Positions 48,732 to 57,059 of a DNA stretch of 64,000 nt are shown here, one piece after another. The notes beneath the pieces were generated by a model. The model saw only the letters and a program-made list of their open reading frames with translations, did no database searches and was not told the DNA's origin. The translations under genes and the position numbers were made by a program. The stretch spans positions 576,001 through 640,000 of the forward strand of contig OY781089.1 in NCBI GenBank assembly GCA_963676565.1. The letters run 5' to 3'. This DNA comes from Halarcobacter sp. (GTDB lineage: Bacteria > Campylobacterota > Campylobacteria > Campylobacterales > Arcobacteraceae). Position 1 is the stretch's first letter; every line of letters starts with the position of its first letter.

Positions 48732-49480
48732 ATATCAAGATAAAAAGATTTAATAGCGAACAAGAGATTAATGAAATAGTAGATTATGATATTAAACATA
48801 ATAAAACTATTTTAGAATCACTTATTGAAGTGAAAGTGAAATATGATGAATATTTAGCCTTTAGATGTGGATGTAGAACAGGTATTTGTGGAAGTTGTTC
48901 TGTAAGAGTAAATGGGGTAGAAAAACTAGCTTGTAAAAGTAAATTAAATGAAAATGATTTAATTGAACCAATTAAAAATACAAAAGTGATAAAAGATCTA
49001 ATTATAGATTTAGAGCATGAATCAAAACTTTTAAAAAGTTCAAACTCTTTTTTAAATAAATTAGAAGAAACAAATATCACTAAAGAAGATGAAAAGTTAA
49101 TAGATACACAAAGTAATTGTATACTTTGCCAAAGTTGTTTTAGCTCATGCCCTATATATGAAGTTAATGATAAATTCTTAGGTCCTTATGCTTTAACAAG
49201 AGTTTTAAGATATGTTGATGATAAAAAAGAATCAAACAAGCTACAAACCTTGGAAAAGGTGCAAGATAATGGAGTATGGGACTGTACTTTATGTGGAAAC
49301 TGTACAATTGTATGTCCACAATTTATAGACCCTAAAACTGATATTATGAATCTAAGAATGAAATCTGTTCAAAATGGCTTTGAAGATAGATCAATGCAAT
49401 ATATGACAGGGGCAGGATTTGATGGTGGATTTGACACAGGTTTTGATCCAACAGGTGGCTTTAATCCAAATGGTTTTTAG
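48728..49480 (+). CDS. Succinate dehydrogenase/fumarate reductase-like iron-sulfur subunit
   Basis: CRTGICGSC...C, CILCQSCFSSCP, CTLCGNCTIVCP. Confidence 0.9.
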   Translation: MNIKIKRFNSEQEINEIVDYDIKHNKTILESLIEVKVKYDEYLAFRCGCRTGICGSCSVRVNGVEKLACKSKLNENDLIEPIKNTKVIKDLIIDLEHESKLLKSSNSFLNKLEETNITKEDEKLIDTQSNCILCQSCFSSCPIYEVNDKFLGPYALTRVLRYVDDKKESNKLQTLEKVQDNGVWDCTLCGNCTIVCPQFIDPKTDIMNLRMKSVQNGFEDRSMQYMTGAGFDGGFDTGFDPTGGFNPNGF

Positions 49481-49499
49481 TAAATAAAAAAGAATAAAA

Positions 49500-51032
49500 A
49501 TGGAAGATACTGAACAAATAGACAAAATAGAATTGGTTTATCTAAAAAAAGAAGACCATTTAGAGATTGTACGATTGATGGAAAATGAATATAGACATCT
49601 TGATGATTCAACATGGACTCAAGAGGAGTTTTATGCATTGATTGAAAAGTTTCCAGATGGACAAGTTGGAATTAAAATCAATGATGAATTAGCAGGTTTT
49701 GCTTTATCCATTATTGTTGATTATGATAAATTTGATGACACTCATAGTTATAAAGAGATTACTGGAGATTATAGTTTTAATACCCATGATAAAAATGGAA
49801 ATATGCTTTATGGCGTAGATATTTTTATAAATAAGAAGTTTAGGGGCTTAAGACTTGGAAGAAGACTCTATGAGTTTAGAAAAGAGCTTTGTGAGGAAAA
49901 AAACCTTAAGGGTATTATTTTTGGTGGAAGAATTCCAAACTATGCAAAATATGCAAATGAGATTAGTCCAAAAGAGTATATTCAAAAGGTAAAGTCACGG
50001 GAGATTTATGACCCCGTTTTAAATTTTCAGTTATCAAATGATTTTTATGTAAAAAGGGTTATTAAAAATTATCTTGAAGGTGATATTGAAAGTAAAGAGT
50101 ATGCTTGTCTTTTAAGATGGGATAATATCTATTATTCAAAACCTACAACAAAACCTATGCAAGAAAAGTTAGTAATTAGGTTAGGACTTATTCAATGGCA
50201 AGTAAGACCTTATAAAAATATAGATGAGGTTTTAGAACAAGCAGAGTATTTTGTAAAATCTGTATCAAGCTATAGAAGTGATTTCGCACTTTTCCCAGAG
50301 TTTTTCAATGCCCCTTTAATGGCTAAATATAATCATCTTAGTGAAGCAGATGCCATTAGAAAACTTGCAGAATATACACCACAGTTTAAAGATGCTTTCT
50401 CTTCTCTTGCAATCTCTTATAATATAAATATTATAACTGGAAGTATGCCAGAGCTTGTTGATGGTGTACTCCAAAATGTTGGGTTTTTATGTAAAAGAGA
50501 TGGAACTATTGAAAGGTATGCAAAAATTCATGTAACGCCAGATGAAGAAAAAGTTTGGGGATTACAAGGTTCAAATGAGATTAAAACCTTTGATACTGAT
50601 TGTGGGAAAATTGGAATTTTGATTTGTTATGATTCTGAATTTCCAGAATTAAGTAGATTACTAGCAAATGATGGTATGAATATACTTTTTGTTCCTTTTT
50701 TAACGGATACCCAGAATGGTTACTCAAGAGTTAGGGTATGTGCACAAGCAAGAGCCGTTGAAAACGAATGTTATGTTGCTATTGCAGGATGTGTAGGTAA
50801 CCTTCCAAAAGTTAGTAATATGGATATACAATACGCACAATCAGCGGTATTTACACCTTGTGACTTTGCTTTTCCCTCAAATGGTATAAAAGCAGAATCA
50901 ACGCCTAACACAGAGATGATTTTAATTGCGGATGTTGATTTAGAATTATTAAAAGAGTTACATAATATTGGAAGTGTAAATAATTTAAAAGATAGAAGAA
51001 CAGATATTTATGATGTGATTAGAAAAAACTAA
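49500..51032 (+). CDS. GNAT acetyltransferase / carbon-nitrogen hydrolase fusion
   Basis: FRGLRLGRRLY GNAT motif A; FPE, KIH, ICYD nitrilase triad. Confidence 0.88.
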   Translation: MEDTEQIDKIELVYLKKEDHLEIVRLMENEYRHLDDSTWTQEEFYALIEKFPDGQVGIKINDELAGFALSIIVDYDKFDDTHSYKEITGDYSFNTHDKNGNMLYGVDIFINKKFRGLRLGRRLYEFRKELCEEKNLKGIIFGGRIPNYAKYANEISPKEYIQKVKSREIYDPVLNFQLSNDFYVKRVIKNYLEGDIESKEYACLLRWDNIYYSKPTTKPMQEKLVIRLGLIQWQVRPYKNIDEVLEQAEYFVKSVSSYRSDFALFPEFFNAPLMAKYNHLSEADAIRKLAEYTPQFKDAFSSLAISYNINIITGSMPELVDGVLQNVGFLCKRDGTIERYAKIHVTPDEEKVWGLQGSNEIKTFDTDCGKIGILICYDSEFPELSRLLANDGMNILFVPFLTDTQNGYSRVRVCAQARAVENECYVAIAGCVGNLPKVSNMDIQYAQSAVFTPCDFAFPSNGIKAESTPNTEMILIADVDLELLKELHNIGSVNNLKDRRTDIYDVIRKN

Positions 51033-51051
51033 TCACATCAATAGATTAAAT

Positions 51052-52104
51052 TTATATATTGTCTTTAATATATAAATAATCAGACATTTTTGTCCACTCT
51101 CTTACTTTTTTAATATATGCATCTTGAGAATCTAAAACCTCTTTTAACGCAGGAGATTTAGCTGATAACTCTTTTCTAAGTTCTTTGTTTGCTTTTTTCA
51201 TTGCATCCATAACCTCTTTAGGAAAAGTTTTTACTTGAATAGAAGGAATCTCTTCTTTCATTTTTTTCCATGCAGTAGCATTCATATCATAATTTTGAGC
51301 ATACATATTATAAGCTGCTAATTTCATTGAATTTTCTAAAATTGCTTGTAGATGTTTAGGTAGTTTATCAAAAAGCTTTTTATTAACTATAAAATGCATC
51401 TCTGATGCTGGCTCATGCCATCCTGTATAATAATATGGTGCAACTTTGTGAAATCCCATATTTATATCCATTGATGGTCCAACCCACTCTAATGCATCTA
51501 TATTGTTTCGCTCTAATGCAGTATAAAGTTCCCCAGGCGCAATATTTGTTACTTGTACACCAAGTTTTGCCATGATCTCTCCAGCAAATCCTGGAATTCT
51601 CATTTTAATACCTTTTAAATCATCAACAGTATTAATCTCTTTTTTAAACCATCCACCCATTTGAACTCCAGTACTTCCACCTGGATAAGAATAAAGGTTA
51701 TGTCTTGCATATACTTTTTGCATTAACTCTAAACCACCACCATAATAAAACCAAGCATATTGTTCAGGTGCAGTTAAACCAAAAGGCATAGAAGTAAAAG
51801 GTAGTGTAGCAATATCTTTACCTTTCCAATAATATGAAGCAGAGTGACCTAAATCATATTGACCACCTTTTACCATATCTAAAACTCCAAATGGTGCTTT
51901 ATGCTTATTAGCAGCGTCAACTCTAATTTTTAATTCACCATTAGACATCTCTTCAGCCATTTTTGCCATATTTACAGCCGCATCAAACAATGGAGATAGT
52001 GTTGGTCCCCATGTGGTAGCCATTTTTAGTTTGTAAACTTTTTTTGCAGAAGAAAAACTTACAACTAAAGATACTATAACTAGTATTTTCACCAAATTTC
52101 TCAT
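51052..52104 (-). CDS. TRAP transporter substrate-binding protein (DctP/TakP-like)
   Basis: Signal peptide, SYYWKGK, QMGGWFKKEI, KMRIPG, EWVGP. Confidence 0.9.
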   Translation of the reverse strand: MRNLVKILVIVSLVVSFSSAKKVYKLKMATTWGPTLSPLFDAAVNMAKMAEEMSNGELKIRVDAANKHKAPFGVLDMVKGGQYDLGHSASYYWKGKDIATLPFTSMPFGLTAPEQYAWFYYGGGLELMQKVYARHNLYSYPGGSTGVQMGGWFKKEINTVDDLKGIKMRIPGFAGEIMAKLGVQVTNIAPGELYTALERNNIDALEWVGPSMDINMGFHKVAPYYYTGWHEPASEMHFIVNKKLFDKLPKHLQAILENSMKLAAYNMYAQNYDMNATAWKKMKEEIPSIQVKTFPKEVMDAMKKANKELRKELSAKSPALKEVLDSQDAYIKKVREWTKMSDYLYIKDNI

Positions 52105-52159
52105 TTTTTCCCTTTTTTAAATAGATTAAAAAATTTTAACAGATTATTAATTAAGAAAG

Positions 52160-52435
52160 TTATTTATTTTCGAGTTCAAAGTTAGAAATTTCTGATTCTG
52201 TAAGGTCTGAACCTTTATTTTTATTATTTTCAATTTCAAAACCATTTTCATCATAAGTTGCAGTATCAGTGTCAATATTTTGTGAGGCAGTTGGATGTGT
52301 TTGAATTTCATTTTCAATCATTAATGCTAAGTGATCCTTAGATTTTTCAATACTATTAACTATAAATAGATTAATACCAAGAAATAAAGAGATGGCAAGT
52401 ACAATGAATAAAGTAGTAATTTCAAAATATCTCAA
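52160..52435 (-). CDS. Hypothetical single-TM protein
   Basis: TTG start after AAGGA; N-terminal hydrophobic segment. Confidence 0.5.
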   Translation of the reverse strand: MRYFEITTLFIVLAISLFLGINLFIVNSIEKSKDHLALMIENEIQTHPTASQNIDTDTATYDENGFEIENNKNKGSDLTESEISNFELENK

Positions 52436-52545
52436 GTAAGTCCTTAGTAATAAATAAAGAAAATATTACGTATTATTGTTAAATTTTACTTAAAAGAAAA
52501 TATTATAAATATATAAATTTGTTATTAATAGATATTATATAAAGA

Positions 52546-52620
52546 TGGTGGTCGTAACTGGATTTGAACCAGTGACCACCACCATGTCAAGGTGGCACTC
52601 TACCACTGAGTTATACGACC
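52546..52620 (-). tRNA. tRNA-Val (GAC), left copy
   Basis: GGTCGTATAACTCAGTGGTAGAGTGCCACCTT-GAC-ATGGTGGTGGTCACTGGTTCAAATCCAGTTACGACCACCA; cloverleaf with encoded CCA. Confidence 0.95.
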
Positions 52621-52652
52621 AGTTCGACGTTTGGTAGACTGTAAGTACTAAA

Positions 52653-52676
52653 GGTACACACAAACGATACACAAAA
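52653..52676 (+). repeat. Putative integrase arm-type sites, left (GGTACACACAA, GATACACAAAA)
   Basis: The 22-mer TACACACAAACGATACACAAAA at 52655-52676 recurs exactly at 58849-58870. Confidence 0.75.
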
Positions 52677-52708
52677 GGGCTTCAAGAATAAACACTTGGA
52701 GTTATTTT

Positions 52709-53923
52709 ATGAGCACGACCCTATCATATTTGAAGTCATCAACTAATGGCTTTTTTAAGTATAGAAGAAGAACCCCTAAACTACTTGAAGAGATTATAGG
52801 TTCAAGAGAAGTAATTAAAGCCCTAGGAACAAATGAAACTCAAGCTATTACTAAAGCAATAAAACTTAATAACCTCATCAATGAAGCTGTTGAGTTAAGT
52901 AAGATACAGTCTATACCTAAAGAGACTATTATAGAGTTACTAAAGAGTGAACTAAAGTTAACCACAAAGAAAACAAAAGAACAGAAAAAGAAACTATCAT
53001 ATTTCATTAAGTTATATCTTGAGCAATCTAATGTGACAGATAAAGAGTATAGATATAGAGAGTATTTCTTTAATGAATACTTACCATTACTTATAGAGGT
53101 TTTATTCAAGAAAAGAGATTTAGATATAGAAGAACTTACTTACGACAAGCTCTTAAAGATAAGAACATTATTTATGAAGCTACCTAGTAGGAACTTTTAT
53201 AAGTATAGAGTTGTAAATCAACTAGAGTTAGTCTCAAAGGTCAATAAAGGGACTCTAAAGATAGCTAAAGAACATTTACTATCAGAAGATACAATAAACA
53301 AGAACCTAAAGAGGATAAAGTCACTACTATTTTTTGCAAAAGAACTTAATTGCTATAGTCATAACATACCTAAAACACTTGTAATCAATCGTAAAGGAGA
53401 TACCTCATCAAGAGGAGAGAAAGCAATACTAACAAAGGATGACCTAGAGATTGTCTTTAGTCACACTAATGATGACCTTAAGTACCTATATGAAGTATCT
53501 TATTACTCAGGGATGAGAAGGTCAGAGTTGTATAAATGTAATATAGTAGACTATGAAGGTGTCTTATGCTTTGACCTAAAGAACATTACAGAAAGACTAA
53601 AGACAAGTTCAAGTTATAGACTTATTCCTATCCATAGTAAGTTACTTTATAGAATAAATGAGTTTAAGGACATTATAGAGAATACTAAAGCTGGCTGGAT
53701 TAGTAATAGTTTTAGTAGATTAGTTAAGAGGTCATTTAAAGATACAAAAGGCAAGTCTTTATATTCACTAAGACATACATTTGCTACTAATCTTATAGCC
53801 AATAAAGTTAATCCTGAGGTTATATCTGAACTTATGGGACACTCACACTCTACAATGACTATGAGTAGATATGTTAAAGGTTACCCTATTGAAACCCTTA
53901 GAGAGGCTATAGAATGTCTATAG
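52709..53923 (+). CDS. Tyrosine recombinase/integrase
   Basis: YSGMRRSE, LKT..S.R.IPIH, YSLRHTFA, LMGH, C-terminal RY; N-terminal YRRRTP arm-binding-like domain. Confidence 0.95.
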   Translation: MSTTLSYLKSSTNGFFKYRRRTPKLLEEIIGSREVIKALGTNETQAITKAIKLNNLINEAVELSKIQSIPKETIIELLKSELKLTTKKTKEQKKKLSYFIKLYLEQSNVTDKEYRYREYFFNEYLPLLIEVLFKKRDLDIEELTYDKLLKIRTLFMKLPSRNFYKYRVVNQLELVSKVNKGTLKIAKEHLLSEDTINKNLKRIKSLLFFAKELNCYSHNIPKTLVINRKGDTSSRGEKAILTKDDLEIVFSHTNDDLKYLYEVSYYSGMRRSELYKCNIVDYEGVLCFDLKNITERLKTSSSYRLIPIHSKLLYRINEFKDIIENTKAGWISNSFSRLVKRSFKDTKGKSLYSLRHTFATNLIANKVNPEVISELMGHSHSTMTMSRYVKGYPIETLREAIECL

Positions 53924-53985
53924 TCTCTTATAGAGGTTAGGTTAATCAATGTCACTAAGACCAATAAAATACAAAGGATAAAACA

Positions 53986-54261
53986 ATGATGTATATTGAA
54001 TTAGAAAGTATAGGACAAATGTTAAGAGTTGTAGATGGTAGTCTATGTATTGGAAATGAGGATGGTGAAGGAGTTTATGTAGATGAGCTTAGAAGCTCTA
54101 AAGGTAGAGAAATATACAAAAAGGTTAGTGAGTTAGAAAAAGAGCTTGTAGGTGCCCTTACAGAGCTTAAAGATATTGCTATTGATAAGGTAAAAAGAAA
54201 TGAGTTAGAGGGAGTTATAGAAGGCTTAGAGGCAGACTTTAAGAGTCTAATTGATTTTTAA
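53986..54261 (+). CDS. Hypothetical protein (element)
   Basis: AAGGA SD; 91 aa with C-terminal coiled coil. Confidence 0.6.
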   Translation: MMYIELESIGQMLRVVDGSLCIGNEDGEGVYVDELRSSKGREIYKKVSELEKELVGALTELKDIAIDKVKRNELEGVIEGLEADFKSLIDF

Positions 54262-54302
54262 ATGAAAACATATATAATAATATTTATTTTTAAGGAGAAG
54301 AC

Positions 54303-54659
54303 TTGGACAAATATTTAAGTATTGTACTTCCAATATTATCTGCATTAGTTATTTATTATACCTTCACTAAAAATAATGAAAATGAGGATAATAAAATATT
54401 AATCACAGAGTTTAATGGGCAAAAAGTTATTTTAGCTAACTGGAGTAAAGATAAATATATAAGAAGTGGCTATTATAAAGGACATTGTTATGTTTTTCCT
54501 ATTGAACATAAAGTGACATATCAATATGTAAATACAGAATATAAAGATTTACTAGCAAAAGAAAATATGATTGGACTAAAAGAAAGTAGTAGAGATTGTT
54601 TTTCTAGAGTTAGATTATTATATGATAAACCTAACGAACTAAAACCTATGAAGTTTTAA
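54303..54659 (+). CDS. Hypothetical membrane-anchored protein (AT-rich cargo)
   Basis: Own TATAAT and AAGGAG before a TTG start; N-terminal hydrophobic segment. Confidence 0.6.
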   Translation: MDKYLSIVLPILSALVIYYTFTKNNENEDNKILITEFNGQKVILANWSKDKYIRSGYYKGHCYVFPIEHKVTYQYVNTEYKDLLAKENMIGLKESSRDCFSRVRLLYDKPNELKPMKF

Positions 54660-54706
54660 CTTCTAAGATAACTGTTCAGTTCAAAGCTTATCTACTTACT
54701 TAAAGA

Positions 54707-54743
54707 AAAGAGGTCTGTAAGTCCACTTTACAGCTCTTCTTTT
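54707..54743 (+). terminator. Putative intrinsic terminator
   Basis: AAGAGGTCTGTAA / TTACAGCTCTT stem followed by CTTTT. Confidence 0.5.
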
Positions 54744-54809
54744 AATTTACCCTAATACTTTTATTACCTAACAACTAAAAAGCCTTGTAGCCTCCTCACA
54801 GAATATTTA

Positions 54810-54905
54810 TTAAAGATAACGACCTATAGGAGAGGACTTAATTTAGCAATCTCAGCAAATCCCTTAATTAAGGCTTTTTCTTAAGAGTGCCACCTATAGG
54901 AGGAA
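54810..54905 (+). promoter_or_regulatory. Two tandem phage-RNAP-promoter-like motifs (ACCTATAGGAG)
   Basis: Identical 11-mers at 54822 and 54892, each with AAGA at the same upstream offset. Confidence 0.45.
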
Positions 54906-54974
54906 AACCAAGAATGGACACTCTAGGAATAAACTATCTAAAAACTAAAATCAAAATCATAAAAGGAGGTTCAG

Positions 54975-55454
54975 ATGAACAACAATCAAACACAACTAAA
55001 AGAAGTTGTAATGTTTACTGATGGCTCTTGTTTAGATAATGGTAGAAATGGAACTGGAGGATACTGTGCATTACTACAGACACCAAACAAGAAACATCAA
55101 AAGATAATTAAAGGTAGTGAGTTAGATACTACGAACAATCGTATGGAGATAACAGCTATCATAGAAGGGCTTAAGGCAATTAAAAAGCCTTCTAAAGTTA
55201 CAGTTTATAGTGACTCAAACATCACTGTAAGAGCTATTAATGAATGGCTTGAAAGATGGATAAGGAAGAACTTTAGGAAGGTTGCTAATGTTGACCTTTG
55301 GAAAGAGTATTTAGAGGTATCAGCTAAACATCAAGTTAAGGCTATATGGGTTAAAGCTCATAGTGGTATTTATGAGAATGAACTTGTAGATGATATAGCT
55401 AGAAGTGAGGCTATGAAGTTGCATGGCAAGAGAGGTATTCATTATGGGTACTAA
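54975..55454 (+). CDS. rnhA: Ribonuclease HI (element-encoded)
   Basis: FTDGSC, TTNNRME, YSDS, NVDLW, WVKAHSG, NELVD; AGGAGG SD. Confidence 0.95.
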   Translation: MNNNQTQLKEVVMFTDGSCLDNGRNGTGGYCALLQTPNKKHQKIIKGSELDTTNNRMEITAIIEGLKAIKKPSKVTVYSDSNITVRAINEWLERWIRKNFRKVANVDLWKEYLEVSAKHQVKAIWVKAHSGIYENELVDDIARSEAMKLHGKRGIHYGY

Positions 55455-56694
55455 GATTACTATAATTGATGGAGTATGTGGCTCAGGAAAGAGTCAAGGT
55501 ATTATAAAACAAATGAAAGAACAAAGCTATAAGAAGTGGATTTGTTTTACTCAGTTCATTAGTGAATGTCATAGATACGCTGGAACTCAACCTATATCTA
55601 AGAAGAATGATGAACCAAAGAGAAGGAAAGATGGAACTTTAATCTATGATGAACCATCAGAGTTTAACTGTTCAGAGCTAGAGTTCAAACATCCACTGAG
55701 AAAAGGTAGAGGTCAGAAGAAAGAGGACTTAATAGAACTCCTTAAACAAAGAGAAAACATAGTTACAACCCATCAAATGCTTACAAACATAGGTTCAGAT
55801 GTACAAGAGTTAATCTCTGAGTTGTCTTATGTAGCTGTACTTGATGAAGTTGTAGACCCTATACAAGAGTATAAGATTACATCAAACAACAAAAAGGAAC
55901 TCTTTGAGCATGAGTATGTCTATCTATCTGATGATGGAGTGACCTTATGTTGGAACTATGAGAAATACCCTGATAGAAAGAAGGGAGATAACTTCTACAA
56001 AGAGAAACAGTTGATTGATAGTGGAAACTTAATCCTTTTAGATGGTAGTATTTATCTGTGGGAAATGTCAGAGAGTCTCTTCAACTCATTTACAGAGGTT
56101 TACATACTTACATATCAGTTTGAAGGTTCTCCATTGATGTGGTTCTTTAAAGCTAAAGGGATAAAGTATGAAGTACACTATAAACCTAAAGCTAATGTAA
56201 AGTATGGAGACCTAATCAATATCATTGAAGATGAAAGACTAAACTCTATTGGAGATAGTCCCAACTTCTTATCTTCAAACCGAACTAGAAAGTTATCTCA
56301 AGGAGAAATAAGAGACCTTAAAGCTAATCTAAACCATCTAAGAAAAAGAGTATGGAATGATGGGGAAGATAGAATGTGGACTTGTTTAGGTAGTGCTAAA
56401 GATGACTTAGGTGTTAATGGGTGGAAGAAAGGATTTGTACCATTCAACATTAGGGGCTCTAATGACTATAGACAAGTTAAGAACTGTGCTTACTTGTTCA
56501 ATGTATTTCTAAACCCAAACATCACTAAGTACTTTAGTAAGTATGATGTGACAGTTGATGAAGATACTTATGCTCTTAACAGTTTACTTCAATGGTTGTT
56601 TAGGTCTAGGCTAAGAGATGGTAAGTCAGTTAGTGTCTATATCCCCTCAAAGAGGATGAGGGAACTACTTAAAGAGTGGTGTAGACATAACTAA
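55444..56694 (+). CDS. SF2/DExx-like helicase, probable replication protein
   Basis: Walker A DGVCGSGKS, IVTTH, Walker B VLDEV, YILTY, QWLFRSRLR; ATG at 55444 after GAGG, overlapping the rnhA end. Confidence 0.75.
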   Translation: MGTKITIIDGVCGSGKSQGIIKQMKEQSYKKWICFTQFISECHRYAGTQPISKKNDEPKRRKDGTLIYDEPSEFNCSELEFKHPLRKGRGQKKEDLIELLKQRENIVTTHQMLTNIGSDVQELISELSYVAVLDEVVDPIQEYKITSNNKKELFEHEYVYLSDDGVTLCWNYEKYPDRKKGDNFYKEKQLIDSGNLILLDGSIYLWEMSESLFNSFTEVYILTYQFEGSPLMWFFKAKGIKYEVHYKPKANVKYGDLINIIEDERLNSIGDSPNFLSSNRTRKLSQGEIRDLKANLNHLRKRVWNDGEDRMWTCLGSAKDDLGVNGWKKGFVPFNIRGSNDYRQVKNCAYLFNVFLNPNITKYFSKYDVTVDEDTYALNSLLQWLFRSRLRDGKSVSVYIPSKRMRELLKEWCRHN

Positions 56695-56871
56695 AACTAC
56701 TAATGGACACAAAGTGTGAAGCTAAAAGTGTCCAATATGAAAGTTAAACCCCTATTGATGGTATCTACAGAGGTTTATCTGTAAAGAACAACAATCTTAA
56801 ATACTTTAAGTAGAGACTAACGGATAACTTTACTTGATGGTTAATCTAGATGACCTATAAATTAATTAATA

Positions 56872-56999
56872 TAGAAATGAGTTTAGGTTAAAGGTATAGT
56901 AGTCCTAAATGTAGCGCTATAACTAGACCTTAATCTCATTTCTAAACAATCATAAGCTTAGAGTCAATACTTAAGAGATGACTATAGATTGACTTTAAG
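56872..56999 (+). repeat. Two consecutive inverted repeats (28-bp imperfect stem; 12-bp stem)
   Basis: 56872-56899/56917-56944 and 56957-56968/56988-56999. Confidence 0.7.
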
Positions 57000-57059
57000 T
57001 AACTACTTCACTACGTGTGTCTTTTATACTATCTATTCTATTTCTTAATATTAATTCAT

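Noticed and set aside
54660..57010. Retron or other reverse-transcriptase system (RNase H plus structured non-coding DNA)
   Set aside because: No reverse transcriptase ORF is present in the element or elsewhere in the window.
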